Source of the DNA: an uncultured Bacteriovoracaceae bacterium
GTDB lineage: Bacteria; Bdellovibrionota; UBA2428
Direction of reading: 5' to 3'
Assembly: GCA_964609695.1 (NCBI GenBank)
Contig: CAZSSP010000005.1
Coordinates: 69,345-133,344, forward strand
DNA length: 64,000 nt
The notes below the pieces were generated by a model. That model did not search any database. It was not told the DNA's origin and saw only the letters and a program-made list of their open reading frames with translations. Position numbers and translations under genes: made by a program. Below, piece after piece: positions 9,403 to 19,500 of this stretch (positions are counted from its first letter, which is position 1; every line of letters begins with the position of its first letter).

Positions 9403-10941
9403 ATGGGAACAGAAATTCTCATCAATAAAGGTCTTCGAGATGTTAGAGTGGCTAGACTAGAAAATGGCCACTTAGCAGAGCTTCATCTTGAACATGGCAA
9501 AGAGCGCGGCTTGGTGGGGAATATTTACAAAGGACGAGTCACTCGCGTCCTCCCAGGCATGCAAGCCGCATTCGTAGATATAGGCCTCGCTCGAACTGGC
9601 TTTTTATATGTTAATAAAATACTCGACCCCAATAGAAATCTAAGTGATGAAACTTCAAACTTTGAAGAAGACGACGATCCTTTAAGCGCCGATAAAGATT
9701 TTGATGAAGATTCAAGCCCAGAAACTCCTGCGGCCAACATTTCAGAGCTCATAAAAGAAGGAGAAGACATTCTCGTTCAAATCACAAAAGAGCCCATGGG
9801 CAACAAAGGAGCTCGCCTCACTGGATATGTCAGCATTCCCGGTCGCTATTTAGTTTATATTCCTGAAACTAATATGATTGGAATTTCGAGAAGGATTGAA
9901 GATCCCGATGAAAGAAATCGCCTTAGAGAACTTGTAGAAAAAAATAAACCCAAAAACGGCGGAATCATAGTGAGAACCGTGGCCGAAGGTGCCAGCGATA
10001 AAAACCTTAAAGATGATCTCGATTATTTGTTAAAGGTTTGGGGCTCGATAAAAAAGAATTTTGAAAAGCAAAATAAACCTGGTCTAGTCTATGCTGATTT
10101 TGATTTAGCTCTAAAAATCATACGAGACAGAGTGTCCGATGATGTTGATAGAATTATCGTAGACGACGGTGAACTTTTAAAAAAATTAAATAAATTTATT
10201 CAGTCTTTTCTACCCCGCTTCAAAAAAAGAGTAGAACTATTCCAGCAGCCCGGCGGCCTCTTCGATCACTTCGGGATTGAGAGCGACATTAATAGAGCGA
10301 TTTCTAAAAAGGTTTGGTTGAAATCAGGTGGCTATATCATTATCGATGAAACCGAAGCCATGACGACCATCGATGTCAACACGGGTCGTTTTGTTGGAAA
10401 GCGAAATCTTGAAGAAACAATTTTCCAAACAAACATGGAAGCCGTAAAAGAAATTGCTTACCAAATACGCCTCAGAAATATTGGCGGACTTATTGTTCTT
10501 GATTTTATCGATATGGAAAAAGAGAACAATCGAGAAAGAATTTACACTGTACTTTGCGAAGAATTAAGTAAAGATCCCGTTAGAACAAACGTTTTACCCG
10601 TCAGCTCTTTTGGCCTCATAGAAATGACGCGCAAGCGCAGCCAAGAATCCCTTAGAAAGAAGCTCACCTCTTCGTGCAAATACTGCGAAGGCAAAGGCTA
10701 CGTTAAATCCCTGCGAACAATCGCCTACGAAATACTTAGAGAATGCGAACGAGAAGCGTTACAAGACTCAAGCGCTCAGGGTTTAGCTGTCTACTGCCAT
10801 CCTAGTGTCTCTGAGTTTCTAACCGACGAAGAAAAACCTGCAATTGACGAACTTGAACAGAAAATAAAACGTCGCGTCACAATAAAAATAGACAACAACC
10901 TTCACTTGGAAGAGTACGAAATTTTCTCAAAAGACTCCTAA
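9403..10941 (+). CDS. rng: Ribonuclease G (Rne/Rng family)
   Basis: The track ORF starts at TTG 9364. I prefer ATG 9403 (MGTEILINK..). S1 domain GNIYKGRVTRVLPGMQAAFVDIG, catalytic core TIDVNTG, GGLIVLDFIDM, and Zn-link CKYCEGKGY. There is an acidic insertion (EEDDDPLSADKDFDED). Confidence 0.9.
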   Translation: MGTEILINKGLRDVRVARLENGHLAELHLEHGKERGLVGNIYKGRVTRVLPGMQAAFVDIGLARTGFLYVNKILDPNRNLSDETSNFEEDDDPLSADKDFDEDSSPETPAANISELIKEGEDILVQITKEPMGNKGARLTGYVSIPGRYLVYIPETNMIGISRRIEDPDERNRLRELVEKNKPKNGGIIVRTVAEGASDKNLKDDLDYLLKVWGSIKKNFEKQNKPGLVYADFDLALKIIRDRVSDDVDRIIVDDGELLKKLNKFIQSFLPRFKKRVELFQQPGGLFDHFGIESDINRAISKKVWLKSGGYIIIDETEAMTTIDVNTGRFVGKRNLEETIFQTNMEAVKEIAYQIRLRNIGGLIVLDFIDMEKENNRERIYTVLCEELSKDPVRTNVLPVSSFGLIEMTRKRSQESLRKKLTSSCKYCEGKGYVKSLRTIAYEILRECEREALQDSSAQGLAVYCHPSVSEFLTDEEKPAIDELEQKIKRRVTIKIDNNLHLEEYEIFSKDS

Positions 10942-11030
10942 ATGCTCATGCCTTTTATGAGTCCTTAATCAAATAAAGTTAATCTTTGTTAACTGTGCAC
11001 ATCTCACTACGTCATAAAAGCGACATCATT

Positions 11031-11080
11031 TGAAAATAGCCAAAAATAGCTGAAATAAGGCAAAAATAAGAAAAAACAAA
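11031..11080. repeat. Five tandem 10-bp A-tract units (candidate DNA-unwinding or bent element)
   Basis: tgaaaatagc / caaaaatagc / tgaaataagg / caaaaataag / aaaaaacaaa. Exact 10-bp register, ending 8 bp before the first DnaA box. Confidence 0.6.
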
Positions 11081-11088
11081 GATTATAT

Positions 11089-11209
11089 TTATCCACAGTC
11101 AATTGTGGATAAGGCTGTTGATAAGTTTCAGTTGGCTTGATTTTAGTTATGACAAAATAAAATGTGGATAACTTGTTTATAACTATAGTTTTTAACCCTA
11201 TGTGGACAA
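11089..11209. promoter_or_regulatory. DnaA-box cluster
   Basis: TTATCCACA at 11089-11097 (+). TGTGGATAA at 11104-11112 and 11163-11171 (perfect, opposite orientation). TGTTGATAA at 11116-11124 and TGTGGACAA at 11201-11209 (one mismatch each). Confidence 0.8.
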
Positions 11210-11316
11210 CTTTTGTTAAGAAATCCTAATTAAAGAAATTTTAGGAATTTCGGACTAAAAACATCAGCTTACAGTAAGTTCTTTTGAACTTACTCGTGGG
11301 TTGGGATACTTAAATT

Positions 11317-12741
11317 TTGAGAACTGTTCTGAAATCTAGTGCATTGCCGTTGTCGCGTCTCGAAGACGTGTTTCCTGCACATCTTTTTGCCAATAATTCA
11401 GAACTACAATCCATCTATGATCGTTTTTTAATTTTTTCAAAGCCAATCATCGAAAGCGATGGAGTCTTACTATCCGTTCCTACAAATTTCCACAAACAAG
11501 CTCTCTTAAAGTGGAAAGATCAACTCGAAAAGGTGAGTGGCGTTTCGATTAAAAGCGTCGATGTCTCTGTTCAAGAAAGAGTTAAAAAAGATCATCTCCC
11601 CAGCCCCAATCAACACCATCAAGTTGCACTTCCTTTGGCGCCTGTTAATCCCGTTCAAGAAATTGAAAAAAGAGAACTTGAGAGGCGATCAACAGCACCT
11701 TTTTATATTAATAGTCCTGCGTATCAATTAGCTTTTGAACTTACAAAACGATGGGCCAATAATCTTTTTCACCCAAGCGCGCCTTCTCAAAGTCTCTTGT
11801 GGGTTTTTGGTGCTGCGGGAAGCGGAAAAACTTACTTACTCAAGCAGTTGAACTCTTGGGTTCCTCAAAACAAACGACTTCATTTTGTTAATGTCATTTC
11901 CTTTTTCCAAGAGTGGAGACAGGCTCTAGACAACAACGATACTTTTCAATTCATAAAAAAATATCGAAAAGACATTGATGTTCTTGTTTTAGAAAACCTC
12001 GATGATTTAGTTGGAAAAAAGAAAACCCAAGAAGAAGTTCTGTTTACCATAAGTGCCCTTATTGAAAGAGGCGCTCATATAGTTGTTTCAAGCACACACA
12101 ATCCAACTAGTTTAAAAGATCAACTAGAAGCACAACTCTATAGCAGACTCTTATCAGGCATGACCATCGAAATGCCAAAACCAGATCGTCGATTCAAAGA
12201 AGCTTTACTCAGAAGACTTCTAGATGAAAACGGATTGAAAGATTATGAACTCGATCTTGTTGTTCAGGAAAAATTATTAAGCATTCCTGTTTCATCGGCA
12301 AGAAAAGCCAACTCTCTATTTATTAATGTGATTAGCCGTCTCTCATTGACTAGAAGCTTTAGTTTGCAAGATGTCATTATTTTAGAGCACACCATTGGCG
12401 AAAAAGCCCAAAGCACTTCTATTTCTAACCATCAACCTAAAGAACTTATTGAAAGTGTTTGTCGACTTTGCGGCGTGGGACCTAGCGCACTCCTAGGCCA
12501 CAGCCGTCGCGCAGAAATCACTTTAGCTAGACGTTTTGTTTGCTTATCACTTTCAAAGTTTTTAGGACTAACCAACAGCACCATTGCTCACTACCTTGAA
12601 AAAGACCCTTCAACCATCAGCCATGCTCTTAAAACGGCTGAAGTTGAAATTGAAAGCAATCGAATTATTGGAAAGCAATGGAACTGGATTTGCTCTCAAC
12701 TTGGCCTCGAAATTCCAACTCAAACAGCCTCTCAACAATAA
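11317..12741 (+). CDS. dnaA: Chromosomal replication initiator protein DnaA (divergent)
   Basis: 474 aa. TTG start; the first in-frame ATG is far inside the ORF. Walker A GAAGSGKTYLL, Walker B DVLVLENLDD, SRLLSGMTIEMPKPD. Domain IV RRAEITLARRFVCLSLSKFLGLTNSTIAHYL..STISHALK. DnaA boxes lie upstream. Confidence 0.85.
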   Translation: MRTVLKSSALPLSRLEDVFPAHLFANNSELQSIYDRFLIFSKPIIESDGVLLSVPTNFHKQALLKWKDQLEKVSGVSIKSVDVSVQERVKKDHLPSPNQHHQVALPLAPVNPVQEIEKRELERRSTAPFYINSPAYQLAFELTKRWANNLFHPSAPSQSLLWVFGAAGSGKTYLLKQLNSWVPQNKRLHFVNVISFFQEWRQALDNNDTFQFIKKYRKDIDVLVLENLDDLVGKKKTQEEVLFTISALIERGAHIVVSSTHNPTSLKDQLEAQLYSRLLSGMTIEMPKPDRRFKEALLRRLLDENGLKDYELDLVVQEKLLSIPVSSARKANSLFINVISRLSLTRSFSLQDVIILEHTIGEKAQSTSISNHQPKELIESVCRLCGVGPSALLGHSRRAEITLARRFVCLSLSKFLGLTNSTIAHYLEKDPSTISHALKTAEVEIESNRIIGKQWNWICSQLGLEIPTQTASQQ

Positions 12742-12825
12742 TTTAATTCACATTATTGAATACATAGCTTAACGCCTCACTGTTTTCCTTTGACAGTGGG
12801 CCAAGCGATTCATAATTGATTAATT

Positions 12826-13620
12826 ATGACACCGGACAAAGATATTATTGTTAGATATCTAAAAACTTTAAGAGACAAAATTTGCTCTGAATTTGAAAGT
12901 TTTGAAAATGAAGCTCGATTTCAACGAAAAGAATGGAATTACAACAAAGGAAATGGTGGCGGAGAAATCTCAGTTTTAAGAGGAAAAGTTTTCGAGAAAG
13001 CCGCTGTCAACTGGTCAGGTGTTCAGGGTGATAAATTCCCAATGGACGATGCACAGGGACCTTTTTTCGCAACTGGCGTTAGTCTCATCACTCACATGAA
13101 CAATCCCAAAGCTCCCACAGTGCATTTTAATATTCGATTTTTACAAACAGAAAAAAAGTTTTGGTTTGGAGGCGGATTTGATCTCACTCCCATGGGATTT
13201 CCCTATGCTGAAGACACTGAACATTTTCATAAAACTGCAGAAAAGGCTCTTAAACCCTTTGGAGACAACCTCTATCCAGATTTTTCCAAGTGGGCTAAAG
13301 AATATTATTACATTCCTCATTACCAAAAAGAACGAGGCGTCGGGGGAATCTTTTTTGATCATTACAATACAGGTCATTTTGAAAACGATTTTGCTATGTG
13401 GAAAAGCGTAGGGGATCATTTTTTAGAAGGCATTATCCCCATTTATAAAAAGCGACACTCCGAAGCCTTTTCAGCTGAAGATAAAAATTTACAGCTCCAC
13501 AAAAGAGCACACTATGTAGAATTCAATTTATTGTATGATCGAGGCACTAAATTTGGCTTTCAATCAGGCGGCAATCCCGAAGCCATACTCTGCTCAATGC
13601 CTCCTCTCGCAGCCTGGTAA
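12826..13620 (+). CDS. hemF: Oxygen-dependent coproporphyrinogen III oxidase
   Basis: 264 aa. GGGEISVLRG..FEKAAVNWS, PTVHFNIRF, WFGGGFDLTP, GVGGIFFD, YVEFNLLYDRGTKFG. Confidence 0.93.
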   Translation: MTPDKDIIVRYLKTLRDKICSEFESFENEARFQRKEWNYNKGNGGGEISVLRGKVFEKAAVNWSGVQGDKFPMDDAQGPFFATGVSLITHMNNPKAPTVHFNIRFLQTEKKFWFGGGFDLTPMGFPYAEDTEHFHKTAEKALKPFGDNLYPDFSKWAKEYYYIPHYQKERGVGGIFFDHYNTGHFENDFAMWKSVGDHFLEGIIPIYKKRHSEAFSAEDKNLQLHKRAHYVEFNLLYDRGTKFGFQSGGNPEAILCSMPPLAAW

Positions 13621-13646
13621 TTTTTTTCCTGCGAAATTCTTAAAAT

Positions 13647-16526
13647 TTAGAAGCTACCGATGCTCAGATTGATTCTGTATTCGTTTTCACCGGGCTCCTG
13701 ATCAATATTAAATGCAAAATCAACCGCTAGTGGACCCACTGGGGTCGAATAACGTAGCCCAACTCCTGTGGCCTTTCTAAAGCCAGTGCTGAGCTTTTCC
13801 AAGGGATCTCCCCTAGTTCGCAATACATTGACCTCTCCACCCTCAAAAAAGACCGCCATACCCCAAGCTAAAAACAAAGGTTGTCTTAATTCACTTCTGA
13901 ATTCATAACTTTGTTGATCGAGAACACCTTTTTGGTCAAAACGTAAATATTTTTCACTTAAAGATCGTATCGACGAACGACCCCCTAAAACTAATCTTTT
14001 ATTTTCAGGAACGTTATTACTTTTCTCCAAGCCCCACAATCGACTATATCCGGCCGACAATGCGAGTACGGCTCTATTAGGTATGGGAACATAAAAGCTA
14101 TACTTCTGACGCCAAATTACAAAATTAGCTTCGTCATCACCCCCCAATTCCGGAATGGCCCATTGAATTGTGTTTTGGAAAAGAAATCCCTTTCGGGGTT
14201 CAAAAACATTATCTCTTAGATCATAAGAAGCCACAGATCCCACCGAAGCAATTCGATAATAGTTTTGTCGATTCAATGGAGCTTTAATAATGTCGAATAT
14301 TTTTGAAATATTATACTCATACAAAGTTTGTGAGAGAGTAAAATTTTTAAAAATTTCCTTTTCTACTGAAAAGTTTAAAGAAAGCTCTTCAGAATTAAAC
14401 CCTGAAACTTTTTGATCCTTTAAATACTTAATATCATCAGACTTGCTATACTCAAATTGAGTTCTAAACCTTAAAGGCCAATCAAAAAGATAAGGTTCAA
14501 CATAAACTGCGGTGTGCTTTTGTTCTATAAATTGATATTGAGATTGATTGAGTTTGCGAGACGCTTGAGACCGTAAAAACAATCCTCGATTCCAGCCACC
14601 TAAATTTCTATAGTTCAACTCCGCAAAACCAATCAATCCAAGATCAGTTCTATATCCGGGACCAAACTCAATTGAACCAGGCGCTCGTTCTTTTACAGCA
14701 ACTTTTAAATCTTTCTCCTGAATTTCAAAAAGTCCTTTATCGAGATCTTCTCTCTGCAATATTCGGCCACCAACGGGTCGCATTTCAACTAATTGAAAGA
14801 GTCCTAATCCATAAAGATTTTGTTCAAATAGTTTGCTTCTGTCAGGCCCCATAGACTGTCCGACCACAAGAGTATCTTTTTTAAGTTCTCGCAAAATGAC
14901 GGGATCTTTAGTTTTATTGTTTCCATCAATAATGGTTTTACCCATTACGACTTTTGGTCCTAAATTGACTGAAACACTGACAGTGGCACGCGCAGATGAA
15001 GGATCAAGCTTTAACAATTCTTCCTCTGTAGAACTGACACTAGCTTGAATAAAGCCTTCATTTTGACAATAACTTTTTAATTTTGAAGCTAAAGAAAAAA
15101 CTTTTGAAGGTGATACATAGTCATCCTTTTTTAAATCAATCATAGAATTGATTTTTGATTCTTCAAAATTTGAAAGACCCGCTAACTGTATATCACCGTA
15201 TTGATATCTTTGACCCAGCTGAACCGTAAGTTCTAAATCAAAAAAACGTGTGTTGCCTCTTTGCACAAATCTGTAAGAAAATATTTTGAAATCTAAATAT
15301 CCCATATCGCGAACTTGAGAAACAAGTCCGCCTAAAAGCGAAACAATTTGATCAGGCAAATAATAAATATAATGATAGGGAGTTTGATAAGGCTCCAACC
15401 ATTTAAAAGTAGCTCTTCTCATTAAAGCTTCGGACTCAAGAGGAATTCCCTTAAACAGTGTTTGGCCCAAAAAATACTGAGTGCCTTCTTTGATATTAAA
15501 AGTGATTAATCGTTTGTCAGCTTCATCAATAACGTCTCTTTGAATTTTAATATCTTTGAATCCACGCTCTTTATATTGAGTGTTGATTCTAAGCTCAGCC
15601 TCAAACATTGAAAATGGAAGACCTAATTGAACACTTCTTTCTAAAATACTTTCTCGAAGATCATTCTCCCAAAAAAAGACATTACCCTTAAACTGAATAT
15701 TATACTTTGGGCCTTTAGCTAAATGAATGTCGAGCTGATTTTGCTTTTGATTCATCAACTCCCATTCTATTTTAGAATCATAATAACCCTTATCTCTCAT
15801 TCTCTTTAAAAATCGTCTTCGAACTTCCTCAAGAGCAATAAAATCTAAGATCAATGGACTCTTTAATTTAGCATTTTTAAATTCAGAGACGTTTATTCTC
15901 TTAAGAGATGAGTTAAAAGTTTCTTCAGCCTTCATTTCCTCTAATAGAACTCTTAAATCGCTTGTAGACATTCCACTGAAACCCAGTGTTGAAGTCTCGC
16001 GGTAACCTGAAAACTGAACAAAGACTCTCAATTTTCTAGCCGAACCTACCTCATATTGTTGAAGAGCCGGAATAATTTCTACTTCCAATAAGCCTCTTTT
16101 TTCTAAAAGATCCTTAATTTTAATCCTAATATCAGTAAGCATGTCGGCTGTAACAATGTCGCCAGGATTAAGTCCAATATCCGCTAGAATATTTTCTTTT
16201 AATGGATTGGAAATTTTTTGATTACTCACAATTTCAACGGATTCGAGTCGCGTATGTAAATCAAGTCCTAAAATGAGTTCTCTACTTTGTGTATCATACT
16301 CTGCATCGACTCTTTGAAAATTGTTAGTCAATGCCAGACGAGACAAACCACGGTCCAAAGAGTCTTGATTAAATGAATCTCCTTGCTTGAGTCCGAGAAG
16401 ATCTAAAATAGCTGGAACATCCACATCTTCAGAATGAAGTATTCTGATTTCCTTAATAGCGTCGTTGTCTGCAAAACAAAGAGCTGTAAAACCAAGAAGA
16501 AAAGCGCGCATTAAATAATATTTCAT
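13647..16526 (-). CDS. Omp85 (BamA/TamA) family outer-membrane protein with a long POTRA-type N-terminal region
   Basis: 959 aa with a signal peptide. Repetitive POTRA-like N-terminal ~600 aa. C-terminal beta-barrel ending ..RINLSIGSF (terminal aromatic residue). Its ATG overlaps the tamB stop (ATGA). Confidence 0.8.
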   Translation of the reverse strand: MKYYLMRAFLLGFTALCFADNDAIKEIRILHSEDVDVPAILDLLGLKQGDSFNQDSLDRGLSRLALTNNFQRVDAEYDTQSRELILGLDLHTRLESVEIVSNQKISNPLKENILADIGLNPGDIVTADMLTDIRIKIKDLLEKRGLLEVEIIPALQQYEVGSARKLRVFVQFSGYRETSTLGFSGMSTSDLRVLLEEMKAEETFNSSLKRINVSEFKNAKLKSPLILDFIALEEVRRRFLKRMRDKGYYDSKIEWELMNQKQNQLDIHLAKGPKYNIQFKGNVFFWENDLRESILERSVQLGLPFSMFEAELRINTQYKERGFKDIKIQRDVIDEADKRLITFNIKEGTQYFLGQTLFKGIPLESEALMRRATFKWLEPYQTPYHYIYYLPDQIVSLLGGLVSQVRDMGYLDFKIFSYRFVQRGNTRFFDLELTVQLGQRYQYGDIQLAGLSNFEESKINSMIDLKKDDYVSPSKVFSLASKLKSYCQNEGFIQASVSSTEEELLKLDPSSARATVSVSVNLGPKVVMGKTIIDGNNKTKDPVILRELKKDTLVVGQSMGPDRSKLFEQNLYGLGLFQLVEMRPVGGRILQREDLDKGLFEIQEKDLKVAVKERAPGSIEFGPGYRTDLGLIGFAELNYRNLGGWNRGLFLRSQASRKLNQSQYQFIEQKHTAVYVEPYLFDWPLRFRTQFEYSKSDDIKYLKDQKVSGFNSEELSLNFSVEKEIFKNFTLSQTLYEYNISKIFDIIKAPLNRQNYYRIASVGSVASYDLRDNVFEPRKGFLFQNTIQWAIPELGGDDEANFVIWRQKYSFYVPIPNRAVLALSAGYSRLWGLEKSNNVPENKRLVLGGRSSIRSLSEKYLRFDQKGVLDQQSYEFRSELRQPLFLAWGMAVFFEGGEVNVLRTRGDPLEKLSTGFRKATGVGLRYSTPVGPLAVDFAFNIDQEPGENEYRINLSIGSF

Positions 16527-19500
16527 TTTAAATCAAATTTAAATCGAATATCTGCCCCCATAGATTGCGCCTCAGGTTCGGGACTTTCCCAAACCCCAGT
16601 TAAATTCATATTTTTATAAAGCTTATAATCTACCTGAAAATTATTTTCAGGTTTACTTAAATTTAAACTTCGACCAAAAGTGGCCGTAGTTTTTTTACCT
16701 AGTTTTCTTGTCACTTCCACTTTAGTGACAGGATCTTGAGCTGTATTATTTATCTTTGTACCCAAACTGACTTGAAAACCTGTTGTTTTACTCACGTTAG
16801 AACCTATCTTTTGTCCAAAAACGGCTTGAAAAGCTTCAAAACCTGCTGATTGAATTAATCCTCCACCTTCGCTCGAAGTACCAGACGACAAGTCATTTCT
16901 TTCAAGATCCGATCGAATAAAACCAAAAGCTAGTAATGAAATAATATCTTGAGTAGGCAAAGGAGGTTCACTCTTAAAATCAAGTTTGAGGTCAGAAGCT
17001 GATCCACTCGCCAACAAATCAATTCTATAATCACCATTGTTATATCTAATGTTAGTACTCGCTTGGAGTGCCATATTAGGTACTAAACTTCTTTGAAAAT
17101 TTGCGGTTCCTCTCGAAATTGAAAATGTTTGATCTCGAGCATAAAGAAAGCCTTTATCGATGTTCAAATTTCCAACAAATAAGGGATTCACATCACTTCC
17201 TGAAATCAGTAGTGATCCAAAAACTTGAGTTGAAGCTAATGAGTTTTTAACTAAAAATGTATTATTCACTTCAGCTTTAATATCAAAAATTAATGATGGA
17301 CTTTGAACTTGACCAATTCCATATGTCATTCCACCACCTGAAAATTCTTTTGCATACAATCCATTAGAAACAGCTAGATTTCCTTTTAAAGTATAAGGAA
17401 GCTTAGGACCCGCTAAAAGCAAGTTTCCATCTAGGGTCATTGGGAATTCGTTTAAGAGAGCTACTTGTGCTTTCTGAAGTTGAAAATTTAAGTAAATTCC
17501 TCGATCTTTCGATAACCATCGATAAGTTCCTTGAAATTCTGCTCGACCACTTCCCATAGAGCCCTCGGCTTGGGATATTTCTAATTTTTCACCATTCATT
17601 TTTATAAGTCCGCGAGCATTTTCTACAGGCTGTCCTACGTTTTTTATCGAAAAGCCAACTTTCTCCATTTCGGCATTTAGATTTAATGATCGATCATTTA
17701 AGGGAAGTGATAAATTTCCATTGATTTTAAAGCTCCCGGAATGAAAACGAAGCAAGTCTGGGACAAAAGTATCTACTAAATTTGAATTCAAATCTCCATG
17801 GACACGAATACAATGTGAACAGTTTTTAGAATCCAATACAAATAATGATCCATTTTGGCTGCGTAGTTCTCCAGTCGCCTCGTGATTATTCCAACTTAAA
17901 TTTTGCTTTCCAGCCAACCAAACTAATGGACGCTCGAGTCGATCCGATTTGAGAGTTAAGCCCAAATTATCAGTAGATATCTGTCCACCGGATTCAGACC
18001 AATCGTATGTGATGAGACCTCTAGATATTAATTCATCGTTTCTCTGAGAATCATTTATCATCGCAAAGAGAATGGATAATCCTTCTTCTTCAGCTTTTAA
18101 GTGAACTTTCTTAAGTTGCCATTCTTCGCCTTTTTTTTCGGACTGAAACAAGCCTTCATGCTTTGATGATTTCATTTGGAATTGAAGATCTTTTCCATTT
18201 CCTTTAGCAGAAACCTGAATGGGCGCTAAAGAAAGCTTATCAATTTTTAACTGACTCAAAGAAGCATTAAAATCCCATCCTCCAAATGTACTCCAATTTC
18301 CCGAACCCGATGCAAAACCATAATCAAATATCTTCTCTACGTTGGGTATGAGATTGAGTGATTTTATTTTAATAGGATGCAATTCGAAGTGGAGTTGAGA
18401 TTTGTCAGGATTCAAATCTCCGCTCATGGAAAAGCTTCCTTCTTCCTTAAAAACTAGCATTTCTTTAATTAAGAGCTTGTTCACGTAAGTTTCGGCAATC
18501 AACCGAGCACTATTAAAAGCCAATCCAAAAGATTTTAAATTACGACCTGTGAGCATCATAGGACCTTTTAATCTTTGAGGACTGCTCATATCCAAAGCTC
18601 CGTTCATTTCAAGGCTTCCGCTCCAAAAACCATGAACTGGAATAGTTTCAGGATCTAATTTAAATTGCCATTCATATTGATCAAAAAGAGTGTCGAGCTT
18701 CATCCATCCACCCACACCGGGCCTCGAATACAATTGTCCAAGAATATGGGCTTTTCCTCCGCCTTGATCGAGCCTGAGAGGACCTATATGTAATATTTTA
18801 TTTTCGTACTTTAATAAACCCGTTAATTTTCCTAAATCTTGCTCCAAGACAGACATCCCATTAATAGCAAGATCAGCATTAACCAAAGTTCTTTTTTTAG
18901 GTTCTTGGGAATAATCGTAATGAATATCTGCACGCGCATTCAAACGCCCAGCAATCTTAATTCCTACAAAATCCTCTAAAACCTCACTAAGATCCGTATC
19001 TTTGGGAGTGGCTTGGATATCTAAAATTGTAGGATTATAAATCACCTTTCCTGTTAATGGAATTTCCACATTTTCATTCCACACTAATTTCATGTTTTCT
19101 AAAAATAAATCCTTAGCGTGAATTCTAACTTGCCCCTCAAGTTTTGCAGAATTTCCTCTTAAAACTTTTGAAGCCGCTTCTAACTTATACATTTTAGGAT
19201 CGGAAAAAACATCAAAAGCAGACAGGTTAAGATGAGATTGTCCGATAATTTCAAAATTTTCTAAAGGGCCCTGAAAATCTAAAACTCCATTGACTTGAAG
19301 TTTGACGTAACACTCTTCAACACTAGAAGCCCTTAGGATTCCACAAAGCCCAGCATCTTCAGCCTTTAATTGTCCTGATACTTTTCCGCCCGCTATTTTC
19401 GTTCCATCTAAAAGTATTGTGTTTTTTATCGAAGCGGGCTCCCAATTAGTTCTAGGTAATTCAATTTTAAAATGCTTAAGGAGAACTGAATCATTCTCCC

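Larger units (their letters stand above)
10942..11316. other. Probable chromosomal replication origin (oriC) in the rng-dnaA intergenic region
   Basis: 375-bp non-coding, AT-rich gap directly upstream of dnaA. It contains 3 perfect and 2 one-mismatch DnaA boxes plus phased A-tract repeats. Confidence 0.75.

Noticed and set aside
12743-12751. TAATTCACA downstream of dnaA, a possible DnaA box hinting at a bipartite origin.
   Set aside because: It is a single box with two deviations from TTATCCACA, and there is no cluster. That is not enough evidence.
12777-12801. Hairpin ctcactgt-(9 nt)-acagtggg after dnaA, a possible terminator.
   Set aside because: The stem is only 8 bp and includes a G.U pair, the loop is large, and no T-run follows. 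This is too weak to call.
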